Source: Podarcis tiliguerta | Lineage: Eukaryota | Assembly: GCA_965153285.1 (NCBI GenBank) | Contig: OZ229111.1 | Reading direction: 5' to 3' (one strand) | Length of the DNA stretch: 64,000 bases | Part shown: piece after piece, positions 1-10,344 of the stretch | Numbering within the stretch: the first letter of the stretch is position 1 | How the letters are laid out: each line of letters opens with the position of its first letter | Position numbers and translations under genes: made by a program | Notes under the pieces: model-generated | Seen by the model: the letters and a program-made list of their open reading frames with translations, nothing else | Told to the model about the DNA's origin: nothing | Database searches by the model: none

Positions 1-1775
1 GAGAAATCTATGGCTGTCTCAAAAGGAGTTGGGGGAAGTCTTTGCAAGTTGTTTCTCCCAATAGGTCTAATCTCTCTCCCCCCGCCCCGTGTGTGCTCTG
101 GAGAGTGAGAAAGGGGTATACACAATTGATGTTCACTCTGAGTGGCTCAGGGAACGCATGGCAGGATTTCACTAACTAAGCAATGCAGCAGAAACTTCAA
201 GATAAGGGTAGCCATTCCCAAGGAAACAGCTTGGCCCAAACTGTCTCCATCAAGGAAGGTAATGAGGCATGTCTCCTTGTGTGGTCAGGAGGATGAGAGA
301 GCAGATATTTTTCTGAAGCCTCACATCCCATCTCTGGCCTTATTAAGGTCCAGAAATCTCTGTCTACCCCCCCCCCCTCTCTCTCTCACTCACACACACA
401 CAGATGCAGTTTTGGATGCATCCCATTTGGGAAGGCTCCAGGGTGTGTGAGTGTGCAAGCAAAACAGAGTCTTGAGCCTGGCTCAGATGTGGCGTTGTTG
501 TTGCCACGCCACTCAAAACTACTTTGGGACCTGCTGCCAAAGGCTTGGCTGGCCATTACAAAGTGTAAGGAATTAGTCTTCCCTTTCTCTTCCTCTTCAG
601 CCACTCACTCAGCACCCCAGGCCTTGGGACCTCTGTTTTTGTTTCCCTTCTCCCAACCTCCAGCTCTCTTCACACTAACAGCACATTATCCCCTGCCACC
701 ACCCACCATCTCAATTCAAGACACTTGTTGACATTTCCCCCCCATCCCCCAATCTTTGGGTCTGCTTCAACCTTTCACATCCCTCATTTCTCTGGCTCAG
801 CTCTGCCTCCCTCCTGTTTTCAGGCACATCCTTGCTATTTTCGAGGTTCCCTGTCCCTTACACCCCTTCCTCCCCACTTCAAATCACACCCACAAACCCA
901 CCCACACAATCTGATTGGATTGCAAGTTCCCATTCAAATGCTTAACAGAAATAATTGAGATTGATTTTGAAACTTCCCAAGGCTAGGTTTGTTCATCCCT
1001 AGCTCAGAAGAAAGTGTGATGCCATTGCCTCATTACCTCGTTTGTTGGAGTTCTGTGGTGCTTGTCTCTGGGGTTCTTTTTAGCTTATTGCTCAGTGCTT
1101 TTGAAACCCTCATTACTCACTGCACTGTTGTCTTCATTTGATAGCAATAAAGATCTGATGTTTTCTGAGTGGTAGTTTTAACTGAGAAGACACTTAACCT
1201 CTTTCAAAAGATAATGTGTCTCATTACCTAGCAAATGCGGTATGTAAACAGCCATTTATCTTAATTGGTGGTAATGCACAAACCAGGAAGGTTAAGTATA
1301 ATGTTGCAAGCACCCTGTGATGTTTCGAGGATGCAGCAACTGTGCTGCGCAGATAACCGCCGCCAACATCATGCCACTGCAATGCTACAATAAATGGCCT
1401 TGTCATAATGGATGCTGTCGCATGTACTCTGCTCACTGTGGCTTTGAGGCTTCCTGTCTCCAGCTTAAGATGCTTCCAGGTGTCTGTGCAATGAAAAATT
1501 GTGACAGTCATGATGTAGCCCATTATTAAACATAACCCAAATGCATCAAGCAATTATTTTAAAATAACAGTAACGACAATTTCCTGCTTCAATTTCCTTT
1601 CCTTTCCTGCATAACCAAAATGTCTACTTCAGCAGCTTGTGGTTAGCTGCATCATTGCACTGGGTTCTTCATACAACTTATATTCCTTAAATGCAGCCTG
1701 GATATGTTATACTGAATGGGCAGCTTGTGATCCATAGATTAGTATATTGGCTTAAGCAATGTGGTTTCTAGGCTG

Positions 1776-2280
1776 TAGAGGTTTTCAATCTTTTTGAGCC
1801 CACAGCTTCCTTGACCAACTACATTTTTTCTGCGGCATCCCTGTGGGGCTAAGGAGCCCAGTTATGTGGACCCTTGCCTGAAGAGCTGGCAGACTCTCGC
1901 CCTTTTTCAAACACCCTCCCTTGTGGAGTGTTCCCTCAGCCTTCTCTCCTTTCCCCGCACCTTGGGAGTCCTCTGGGCAGCCAGAGCTGCCAACCCTGGT
2001 CTCTCCCCTGCCCCAAAGAGAGAGGCCTCCTCATACTGCCCCACAGGGGCCTTGGTGGGAAGCACCCCCTGACCAGCCCCAGAGGCACCATTTGCCTGGG
2101 GAGCTTATAGCCAGGGCTGCTGCAATAAACAGCTGTGCAAGCCTTTGGGAGGCAGAGACATAAGAGGGCATCAGAGGAGGGAGGGGAGGAAAGAGGGACA
2201 GAGGCCAGCATTGCCTGCAGCACCCTGACTATCATTCAAGGCACCCCAGGGTGCTACAGCACACTGGTTGAAAACCACTG
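1776..2280. mobile_element. Non-autonomous hAT-like DNA transposon
   Basis: Imperfect TIRs tagaggttttcaatc ... ggttgaaaaccactg around a GC-richer interior. TSD not recognisable. Confidence 0.6.
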
Positions 2281-3278
2281 TCCTAGTTCAAGGGTTCCAT
2301 GTTTGGTCCTGTGGAACAGAAAGTACATTGAGGTAGAAATGGAGGCTTTATTCCTTTCTTTGAGCAAATTTTCCCAACAAAATGCTTGAGCAATCACTGT
2401 GTCTTGCCATTTTTTGTATACCTACACATTCCCACTGCTGCTTTTCTAACAAGGTTAAAGGAAGTTCACCAGATTCTCCTCCTCTACTGGGACCTACATC
2501 CCATATTGCTTCTCTCTCTTTACTTTCTGAAGATCTGTGTAAGGAAACTTCTGATGGTGCAATTTCTGTAACTTGCAAGGAGACCTGTGTCTTTTGGGAG
2601 GTTTGCTAGATGGATGTGCTAGATATGCAATAAGCATGTATAACAGAGATGCCTGTCTTTGGCCATTTTCTGGGCATTCCTTTACAATTGTTTGGTGGAT
2701 ATGAGCACACAAAATAAGGTGAAAAGTGATCCTGGATGAATTTAGTCTAGGCAGGAAGATCTCTGTGTGTGTGTGTTTCTGATGTTTCCAAATGGACTTG
2801 GATTTTATTTAGAAAGAATGGCACCTGAATCAATGTCATACAGTTGAACAATAGGGCCTATAATAATTGAATAAATGGAGCAGGACAAATTTCAAGAGGA
2901 AGAGCCCAAAACAGTATGATTAGTAAGGAGTCAAATAGTTGGGAGAGACCTCACATTTCAGTCCATGGATCCACTGATTTTTGAATCTGTTGAAACACCA
3001 TGTGACCTTTTCTGGAACTTCATGTTGGGCAGTGGCTCTCCCTGACTTTGGGCTTTGCTCAAGAATCTACGAGACATTGTGTTGTTTACCTGACTTCTAG
3101 GTTTAGCACAATAGGAATGAGTCCCCCTTCAGCATATGTATGAAACAGAGTGGTTTGCAGGACAGTACACAATGGGGACTTGAACTCTAGGTTTCTGTTT
3201 GTGTCTCTGAGGTCAGTAATCTCATACAGTTGATTGTGGTGTTTAAACTTGGATTATGTCTTTTTGTTAATCTTCCAG

Positions 3279-3932
3279 CTCTGAAAAGATCCTTTGAGGT
3301 TGAAGAAGCAGACCAGCCTCCAAATTCTTCCACTCCACAAAGACGGACACCCAACCCTCTTGTGAGGTCCACAGTGTCCAGCTCCACACAGAAATTCCAG
3401 GATCTTGGCACCAAGAATTCAGAGACCCCTTCCAGACATGTGGAGTCTGCACAAAGATCTCCTAAATCTTCTCTGAGGAGAGTTGAGCTCTCTGGACCAA
3501 AACATCCTGAGCCAGTGTCCAGAAGAACAGAAATCTCCATTGATATCTCATCTAAGCAAGTGGAGAACTCCACCCCAGGAGCTTCAAGATTTGGCCTCAA
3601 GAGAGCAGATGTGCTGGGGCACAAGCCCCCTGAGACCGCTCCCAGGAGGACTGAGATCAATATAGGCAAGCCTCAGGACCAAGCTCTTCGCAGAATGGAA
3701 GTCCCCTCAAAGATCCCCGAGCCAACACAGCGCAGAATGGAAGCTGCTAGCCCACCTGTGCCTGATGTTGCCACCAAACGTGTGGAAATCCAGGTAGCAA
3801 AATCTTCAGAGGTTCCAGTACCACCAGTCAGGCAGAATGAAAACGTGGAGCTTTTCCCAACCAATCAGCACCTGCCGCCAGAACCAAAGCTACAGCCAGC
3901 AGTGACTGAAATTCCACCCAAATGCCAAGAAG
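3279..3932 (+). CDS. SEPTIN9: Septin-9 internal coding exon (large N-terminal extension; equivalent to human exon 3 of the long isoform)
   Basis: Translation ALKRSFEVEE...STQKFQDLG...SPKSSLRRVELSGPK...EPVSRRTEISIDISSKQVE...SRFGLKRADVLGHK...KRVEIQ...PKCQE matches the SEPT9 N-terminal extension. Acceptor tttttgttaatcttccAG ends at 3278 and donor GAAG|gtaagc starts at 3933. Length 654 nt, phase 1 at both ends. Confidence 0.96.
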
Positions 3933-4990
3933 GTAAGCAGAAAATGAGCTTCTTCTTTTTTTACATTGTGCAGTTCTTTGTGTACAAATACATTTGTGTT
4001 TCCCTAATAGCTATTCCGCCATTCATGTGGGTTATTTTGGAGGTACAAAATCTGTGCTTTAGCTCATGGCTGCTTTCACATAGCTGAAATTAAGGGGGGC
4101 AGATTTTGGGGGTGGATTTGACATCTATTTTGAGTGGTATTCAAGTTCACTGTAGACTTTTGAAGATGCATTGTATACCTTTTGACCTGCTTCCAGATCT
4201 CTCTGTTGGCGCATTTGCTGTATATTTGTGAATTCTGTATGTTGCAACATTGGCTCACTAGACACATGGGACTCATCTGATGGGACTCATCTGATGATTA
4301 GGGCAGTTTTACTTCAGTGAGAGTATGACATGCATTAGATGTTCCCATATTGGGAATGGAGAGTTCTGTGATATATACTTTCCAGTGTCATGGATGCATT
4401 GCAAGCTTTTCTTGTGCACAACCATACTAGGGCAAGTATACCCACTTTTGTGGCCTGCCAGCCTCTTAACTAAGTAGTTCCAGCCAGATACCAAAAGTAG
4501 GTGGTTTGTTGAGTCCCAGGCTTTGTGGATTAAGCATTCATACTAGCACATGGCCTATAGATTTTTGAAATATTAAGTGGTACATAAATGCAAATAAATA
4601 CATGGTGCTAGAGATAATTTTAGTGCTGGATGTACTTAAGTGTCTTGTCTTTCCAAATGTCCTTGTTCAGGTGGTTCTCATGTCTCTTTACTTACTGGGA
4701 TGGTTGTGAAAGGGAATACTTCAAACAACATTAATATGCACTTCCGTAGCGTTGCTTCACTTGGACATGGGCACCTTTAGTGTTCCGTATGATAAAGCCA
4801 TCCCCTGTCTGAAGGGACACTGACGTAGGGACATGGGCTTCTATATTAGTAGCTGTTTCAAGACGTGGGTGAGGGAGTCAGTGGCGTTATTCTCACGCCT
4901 TGGATACAGTCTTCAGTCTGCTTAAGAGAGAAGGTAGACAAGAGGGTGGGTAGGTAGATCATAAAAAGATGTTACTTTTATTCCCAAGTA

Positions 4991-5216
4991 CAGTGGTACC
5001 TCGGATTACATACGCTTCAGGTTACAGTCTCTGCTAACCCAGAAATAGTACCTTGGGTTAAGAACTTTGCTTCAGGATGAGAACAGAAATCGTGCTCCGG
5101 CAGCGCCGCAGCAATGTGAGGCCCCATTAGCTAAAGTGGTGCTTCAGGTTAAGAACAGTTTCAGGTTAAGAACAGACCTCTGGAATGAATTAAATTCTTA
5201 ACCTGAGGTACCACTG
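4991..5216 (+). mobile_element. Tigger/pogo-like (Tc1-mariner superfamily) MITE, subfamily A, 226 bp
   Basis: TA|cagtggtacctc ... gaggtaccactg|TA. Near-identical copies at 17031, 24462, 33327 and 42551. Strand is an arbitrary orientation label. Confidence 0.9.
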
Positions 5217-6959
5217 TACTGTAGATTGAACAATGCCTATTGCTTTTTCTCAAATCTTGGCGTTCTGATGTGCCTTGACTGAGACAGTACAGCCCTGACC
5301 TTTCCACCACCTTGCCTTACCCTAGCTTCATTTAGCATTTCCATAGCTCCATAGCTCTGCTCACTTAACTGTGACTGCTACTGCCAGAGAAACCTGGACA
5401 ATGTTCCATCCTGGCTTTGTAGACCCTGTAGCATTGCCTGCTTTCTGTGTGGGCTCCTAGCTCTGTAACAGAGGCTGTTCCCTGAGCTGATCCTCTCTCT
5501 CTCCCTTCAGGATTAGTGTGCATGCCTTTAGTATTAGAAACGGAGATATGAAAGCTAGGAGCTAAATGGCACCTTAAACCTAGGTTATGGGTGCAATAAT
5601 GGAATGTCTAGGCATGCTTTTTTATAACAAGAATACAAAGCTGAAAATGAATGAACTGCAGCTAAAATCTGATGTTCATTTTTCACATGGTCTAGTCCTC
5701 ATCTGCAAAAAACAAAGCCATGCTTCCCCTGCCCACCTCCTAATATTCTTATGAGGGTCTCTGGAGAAGAGTGGTCTTCAGAGAGTGGCTGGAAGTAGGG
5801 AGGCAGAAAAAGGTCCTTCTTTCCTTCCACTGTGCAGAGTTCATAAACTGCTTGCACTAATGAAAATTCCCTGTTTCAAAACACTCCTAGAACAAATGGG
5901 AGTTTTGAACTGCATGCCTAGTGGGGCTTCCGTTCTGCTTCTTGTATTTGAGGGTGTGGTTCAGACATACAGATCATAGAGTGGATCTATACCACACGTG
6001 AGACGTGACCAACTGCAGGAATTGGGTGGGATTCAAGGCTCTGTAGACCAAGGCAACCTCTCCTCTAACATCTTAGACTAGCGGCAATGTATTGCAAAAT
6101 GCAACTGCTGCCTATCTCCATCTCCTCCCCACATCTCCCTGATGATACTAAGTAAAATAAGGTGCATGGCTATTCATCACTGCTGCCACTCCCTCCAACT
6201 GGTAATGGGATGGGGAAACCCTGAGCCTGATCACCTGGTATCATATGAATAAGCCACACATTGTGTGTCTCTCTTAACCAAACATTCCCAGGGAGACCTT
6301 GGAGCTGAGATGCTCTACACTTCATCAGTTATGCTTTCCTTGTAATGGTAGAGTTTGGGCCTAAGTGACCAAGTACACTTTGCTCAGTACTGGTCTCCAG
6401 CACTAATCCGAACACAAACATTCCTTGTCAGGCTGAGAGCTGAAGTAAAGAGGCACAAGGTAGTCCTTATATTAGCAGAGCTGGAGATAAATGTTAGGTG
6501 GTACAAATTTGGGTAATAATTATTTAGTGGCTGGACGGCACATAGCCCTCCAAAATTAATTTCCCATTGTATCTGCATATCTTCCCCTGTCCTCCAAGCT
6601 GCTATAAACTACATGTCAGAGCTTTATAACTTAACAAGGATGAGGACATTGCTGGGGCTACATATGCCTGGGTCTATGTTCTGAACTTCCAAAGAAATGG
6701 ACTTTGACATTGTGTTTTTAAAAATATATACGTATATATCGAGTACAGGGAACATCTCACAAAGAAAAGCATTCAGCCAGCAAGGTTGTGACGTCCATAG
6801 CATTCTGTTCTACGTGATGCTTTGGTATGCATAATCATCTTACTGTGACAAACAAATCTAGTGAAAAACAGCCTCTTATTTAGCAAACTCCGGAATCCTT
6901 TCCCCAGGATTTTGCCATGGAGTAAAGCTTCTCGTCATTCGCTTCCATGTTTTACATTA

Positions 6960-7593
6960 CAATGGTACCTTGGTTCTCAAACTTAATCCGTTCCGGAAAT
7001 CCGTTCCAAAACCAAAGCGTTCCAAAACCAAGGCTCCCTTTCCCATAGAAAGTAATGCAATATGGATTAATCCGTTCCAGACTTTTAAAAACAATGCCTA
7101 AAACAGCAATTTAACATGAATTTTACTATCTAACGAGACCATTGATCCATAAAATGAAAGCAATAATCAATGTACTGTACTATAAAATAAATAAGACACT
7201 ATTGTAGATGATAAAAAATAAAATTATTATTTTTTTCTTACCTGCACTGATGGTAGTTGCTGTTTGGTTGAGGGTCTGTTATCTATTTCCACAGTCACAC
7301 AATCAGTCAGTAGCTGAACTGGGTTCCACACAGTCACAAAAACAAATTAATTGGAAAAGCCTCAAAAACAAGAAGACAAAATAAATAGCAAAAACAAAAG
7401 CACCAACTTAATCAGTTCCGGAAGTCCATTTGACTTCCGAAATGTTCAAAAACCAAGGCACAGCTTCTGATTGGTGCAGGTACCCTGGAAACAATAGCCG
7501 ACAGCCGCATTGGATCTTCAGCTTCTGAAAAACATTCGAAAACCGAAACACTTACTTCTGGGTTTTCGGAGTTTGAGAACCAAGGTACTACTG
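6960..7593. mobile_element. Longer Tigger/pogo-like non-autonomous element, subfamily B, 634 bp
   Basis: TA|caatggtaccttggttctcaaact ... agtttgagaaccaaggtactactg. Same terminal motif as subfamily A, AT-rich interior. Confidence 0.85.
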
Positions 7594-8086
7594 CAGTTAT
7601 ATCTTGTTTACAATTAATCTGGTTATACATTAAATCTCCTGTTCCATTCCCTCCTTGATGGTACCAAGTTGTGTTTATTTGTTTCAAAGAGTCCATTCCA
7701 TGATCATTGATTCCTCCTTTCCCATTCTTGCTGTAGGTATCATTCTCTTGCCCAATCCATGACTGCCCAGGAGTTAATAATTAGAGAGGAGTGCCTTCCT
7801 ACTCCATGTTTGCTGATTAGATAAACAGCTTCCTCCTCCCTTTCTTTGTTGCTTTTCAGAGCATCTTAAGCCCTTACAAGGAAGGTTGGGGGCGTTTGCA
7901 ACTTCCTTTTGGTGTGCAGTAGAAGTCGCCCTTTCTCTGAGTTCTTATCTTATTCCTTCCTCCCTCCCTTTACAAGCTTAGGATGTGATGCAGGGCAGCA
8001 TCTGAGTTTTCTATTTCTTATTGTCATTGCTTCTTGGTAACCATTCACAACATAGCTGAAGTTTTGCAGAGTGCTAAGAACCTTCT

Positions 8087-8581
8087 CAGCATCTTAAAAA
8101 GCAGAGACATCACCTTGCCAACCAAGGTCCATATAGTTAAAGCTATGGTTTTTCCAGTAGTGATGTAAGGAAGTGAGAGCTGGACCATAAAGAAGGCCGA
8201 AGAATGGATGCTTTTGAATTATGGTGCTGGAGGAGACTCTTGAGAGTCCCATGGACTGCAAGAAAATCAAACCTCTCCATTCTGAAGGAAATCAGCCCTG
8301 AGTGCTCACTGGAAGGACAGATCCTGAAGCTGAGACTCCAATACTTTGGCCACCTCATGAGAGGAGAAGACTCCCTGGAAAAGACCCTGATTTTGGGAAA
8401 TATGGAGGGCACAAGGAGAAGGGGACGACAGAGGACGAGATGGCTGGACAGTGTTCTCAAAGCTACCAGCATGAGTTTGACCAAACTGTGGGAGGCAGTG
8501 GAAGACAGGAGTGCCTGGCATGCTCTGGTCCATGGGGTCATGAAGAGTCAGACACGACTAAACGACTAAACAACAACAACA
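8087..8581 (+). mobile_element. 5'-truncated BovB (RTE-clade) LINE
   Basis: ORF 8204-8569 DAFELWCWRRLLRVPWTARKSNLSILKEISPECSLEGQILKLRLQYFGHLMR...WLD is the BovB C-terminus. (CAA)n tail. TSD aagaaccttct (8076-8086) / aaggaccttct (8582-8592). Confidence 0.95.
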
Positions 8582-9704
8582 AAGGACCTTCTAATTCTAG
8601 CACAGAAAGAAGGTTTGGTTTGATCTGTTTTGAACAAAATTTGGTGATATGAGTAGCCATTAACCCCACTATCTGCCACTGAAATTTGGAGGTGGGGTGT
8701 TACTGTTAAATCTTAAGACCACTGTGTGATCACCACCACCCAAATCTCCAAACCAACCCTTCACTGCCAAAGCGTAATATGGAAGAACTGTGCTCCATTG
8801 TGTGTGACTCGGAAGGCATCTGTTTTCTTTAGACCTGAGCTGTGTGGGAAGTCAAAACAAGGCTTCATCCAAGTTCGCTTTTCCATCCTGATCTCTGGGG
8901 GATGATTTGAAGAACAGGCTTAGGGAAGGCCAGCCTTAGCAAAAAAAAAAAAAAAAATTCTCTTACAAAAGTTGTCATTGAACCAATTTCTGTAAGTGCT
9001 GTTTCTTCTTCTGTGGTGTCATATTGAGTGCAAGGAAATTCTGAAGAGATTTCTGGATGTAAATTGCAGTAGAGCTTTGGAAATGGCACTGTGCCTCCTG
9101 TGACTTCACTGGAATGCTGGCCAGCTAAATGAATCACTTATTAAAGGTTTCCGCATCAATACCAAGATGGAGTCAAGGGAACCAAAAGCTGGTAATGTGT
9201 GGAACTGAGCAAGTTCCAGCCTCTTTACCCCTTCCCTTAAATCCTTAGGAAGAGAAGAAGAACCTTGGTGGAGAAATGAAACACAACTGTCTCCTGTACA
9301 GCCACAATTGACATCAGAATTAGATCTGGGGCTGATCCAAAATGGATGGGGATTATGTCAGCATCAGAAAGGCTCTTCACTCAGTTTTCATGCAGTATTA
9401 AAAAAAACTATGGTTTTAAGTGTGTATGACAGCTTAGCTCCTCCTCACTCCTGATTGTGTCCTGTGGGGAAGGAAACAAGCCAGATTCTTACTAGTCGTG
9501 TGTGGACCTAAGCAAGTTTGTTTGTTTCTCTCTCTCAAACAAAACATGAGGAGTAAGCCAAGAACAAACCTTTGCCTCTGTTCATGGTTTGTTAGGAAGA
9601 AACAAAGCATGAGCCCAGGCTCACACCTTATGAATATCTTGTTTTCTCCGTGACGCAGCCAGTAACAAGGTGGGTGAGGAGCAAAACACTTGAGTATGTT
9701 AAAC

Positions 9705-9797
9705 CAAGGTTTCATCCTTGACCATTGGTCCTGCTAGCTAGGGATGATTGGAGTTGTAGTCCAAAAGCAGCTGGAAACCCAAGTTTGGGAAATCCTG
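9705..9797. mobile_element. hAT-type MITE with internal deletion
   Basis: Perfect 8-bp TSD tgttaaac (9697-9704, 9798-9805). Ends caaggtttc / ggaaatcctg. Carries gggatgattggagttgtagtcc, related to the hairpin MITE at 27208. Confidence 0.8.
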
Positions 9798-10100
9798 TGT
9801 TAAACCATAGTTTATTTTTAAATGTGATTTAATGTTGCAGGTGAACCAGGCCTGTCAGTAAACTGTAGGAGTTCAATGCAAAAAAAGAAAAGAAAAGAAA
9901 AAAGGTTTAAGACCGCAGTTCTAGACCCATTTACATGGGAGGGAGTAAACCTCATGGAACTCGGTGGGACTTTGTTCTGAGTAGACTTAGGTAAGATTGC
10001 TATGCTCATGATTCCTGATATTGAGTAGGATTGCCCGTCTTATCTGTATAGGGAGCGTTCCCCTCTAATGGGTTTCATTTGCTTCTGGTGATGTTAGGAC

Positions 10101-10344
10101 CACAGGTGGACGAAGAGGAGTGCAGGGGGAGCACACCACCCCCGGCAGCACGATCCCAGTGGGGTGCCATTGTGGCTGCCCCCTCCCCCCCCGCTCAGGG
10201 CGCCATGCCCCACAGGTGACGCGCCACAGCTCCAGGACATGCGCCACACCCCTTCAGGTGGTGCGCCATGCCCCAGGACGTGCGCCAGCCATGCCCCCAC
10301 CTGTTCTCTGCCCCCCAGTGCCAGAGCATGAAGCTCCACCACTG
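10101..10344 (+). mobile_element. GC-rich hAT-type MITE
   Basis: TSD gttaggac/attaggac. Homologous in reverse orientation to 14525-14720. Confidence 0.8.

Noticed and set aside
3187-3669. 160-aa antisense ORF
   Set aside because: Shadow of the SEPT9 exon on the opposite strand, with no recognisable domain.
3230-4087. 285-aa ORF as a single-exon gene
   Set aside because: Only 3279-3932 resembles SEPT9. The flanks are intronic read-through beyond canonical splice sites.
4264-4293. Short tandem duplications (atgggactcatctg x2; also ~43034-43063, ~44958-45000, ~35665-35691)
   Set aside because: Ordinary slippage products with no sign of function.
4991-5216. CRISPR-like or novel repeat-spacer system from recurring cagtggtacc and ggttaagaac motifs
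   Set aside because: The repeats are dispersed TIRs and subterminal motifs of eukaryotic MITEs. There is no regular spacer array and no cas genes.
5490-5560. Strong acceptor ctctctctctcccttcAG at 5510
   Set aside because: The phase-1 frame reaches TGA within 14 codons and no convincing nearby donor was found.
7830-7890. Acceptor plus gttggg donor defining a 25-nt exon
   Set aside because: Not frame-preserving, and the donor is weak.
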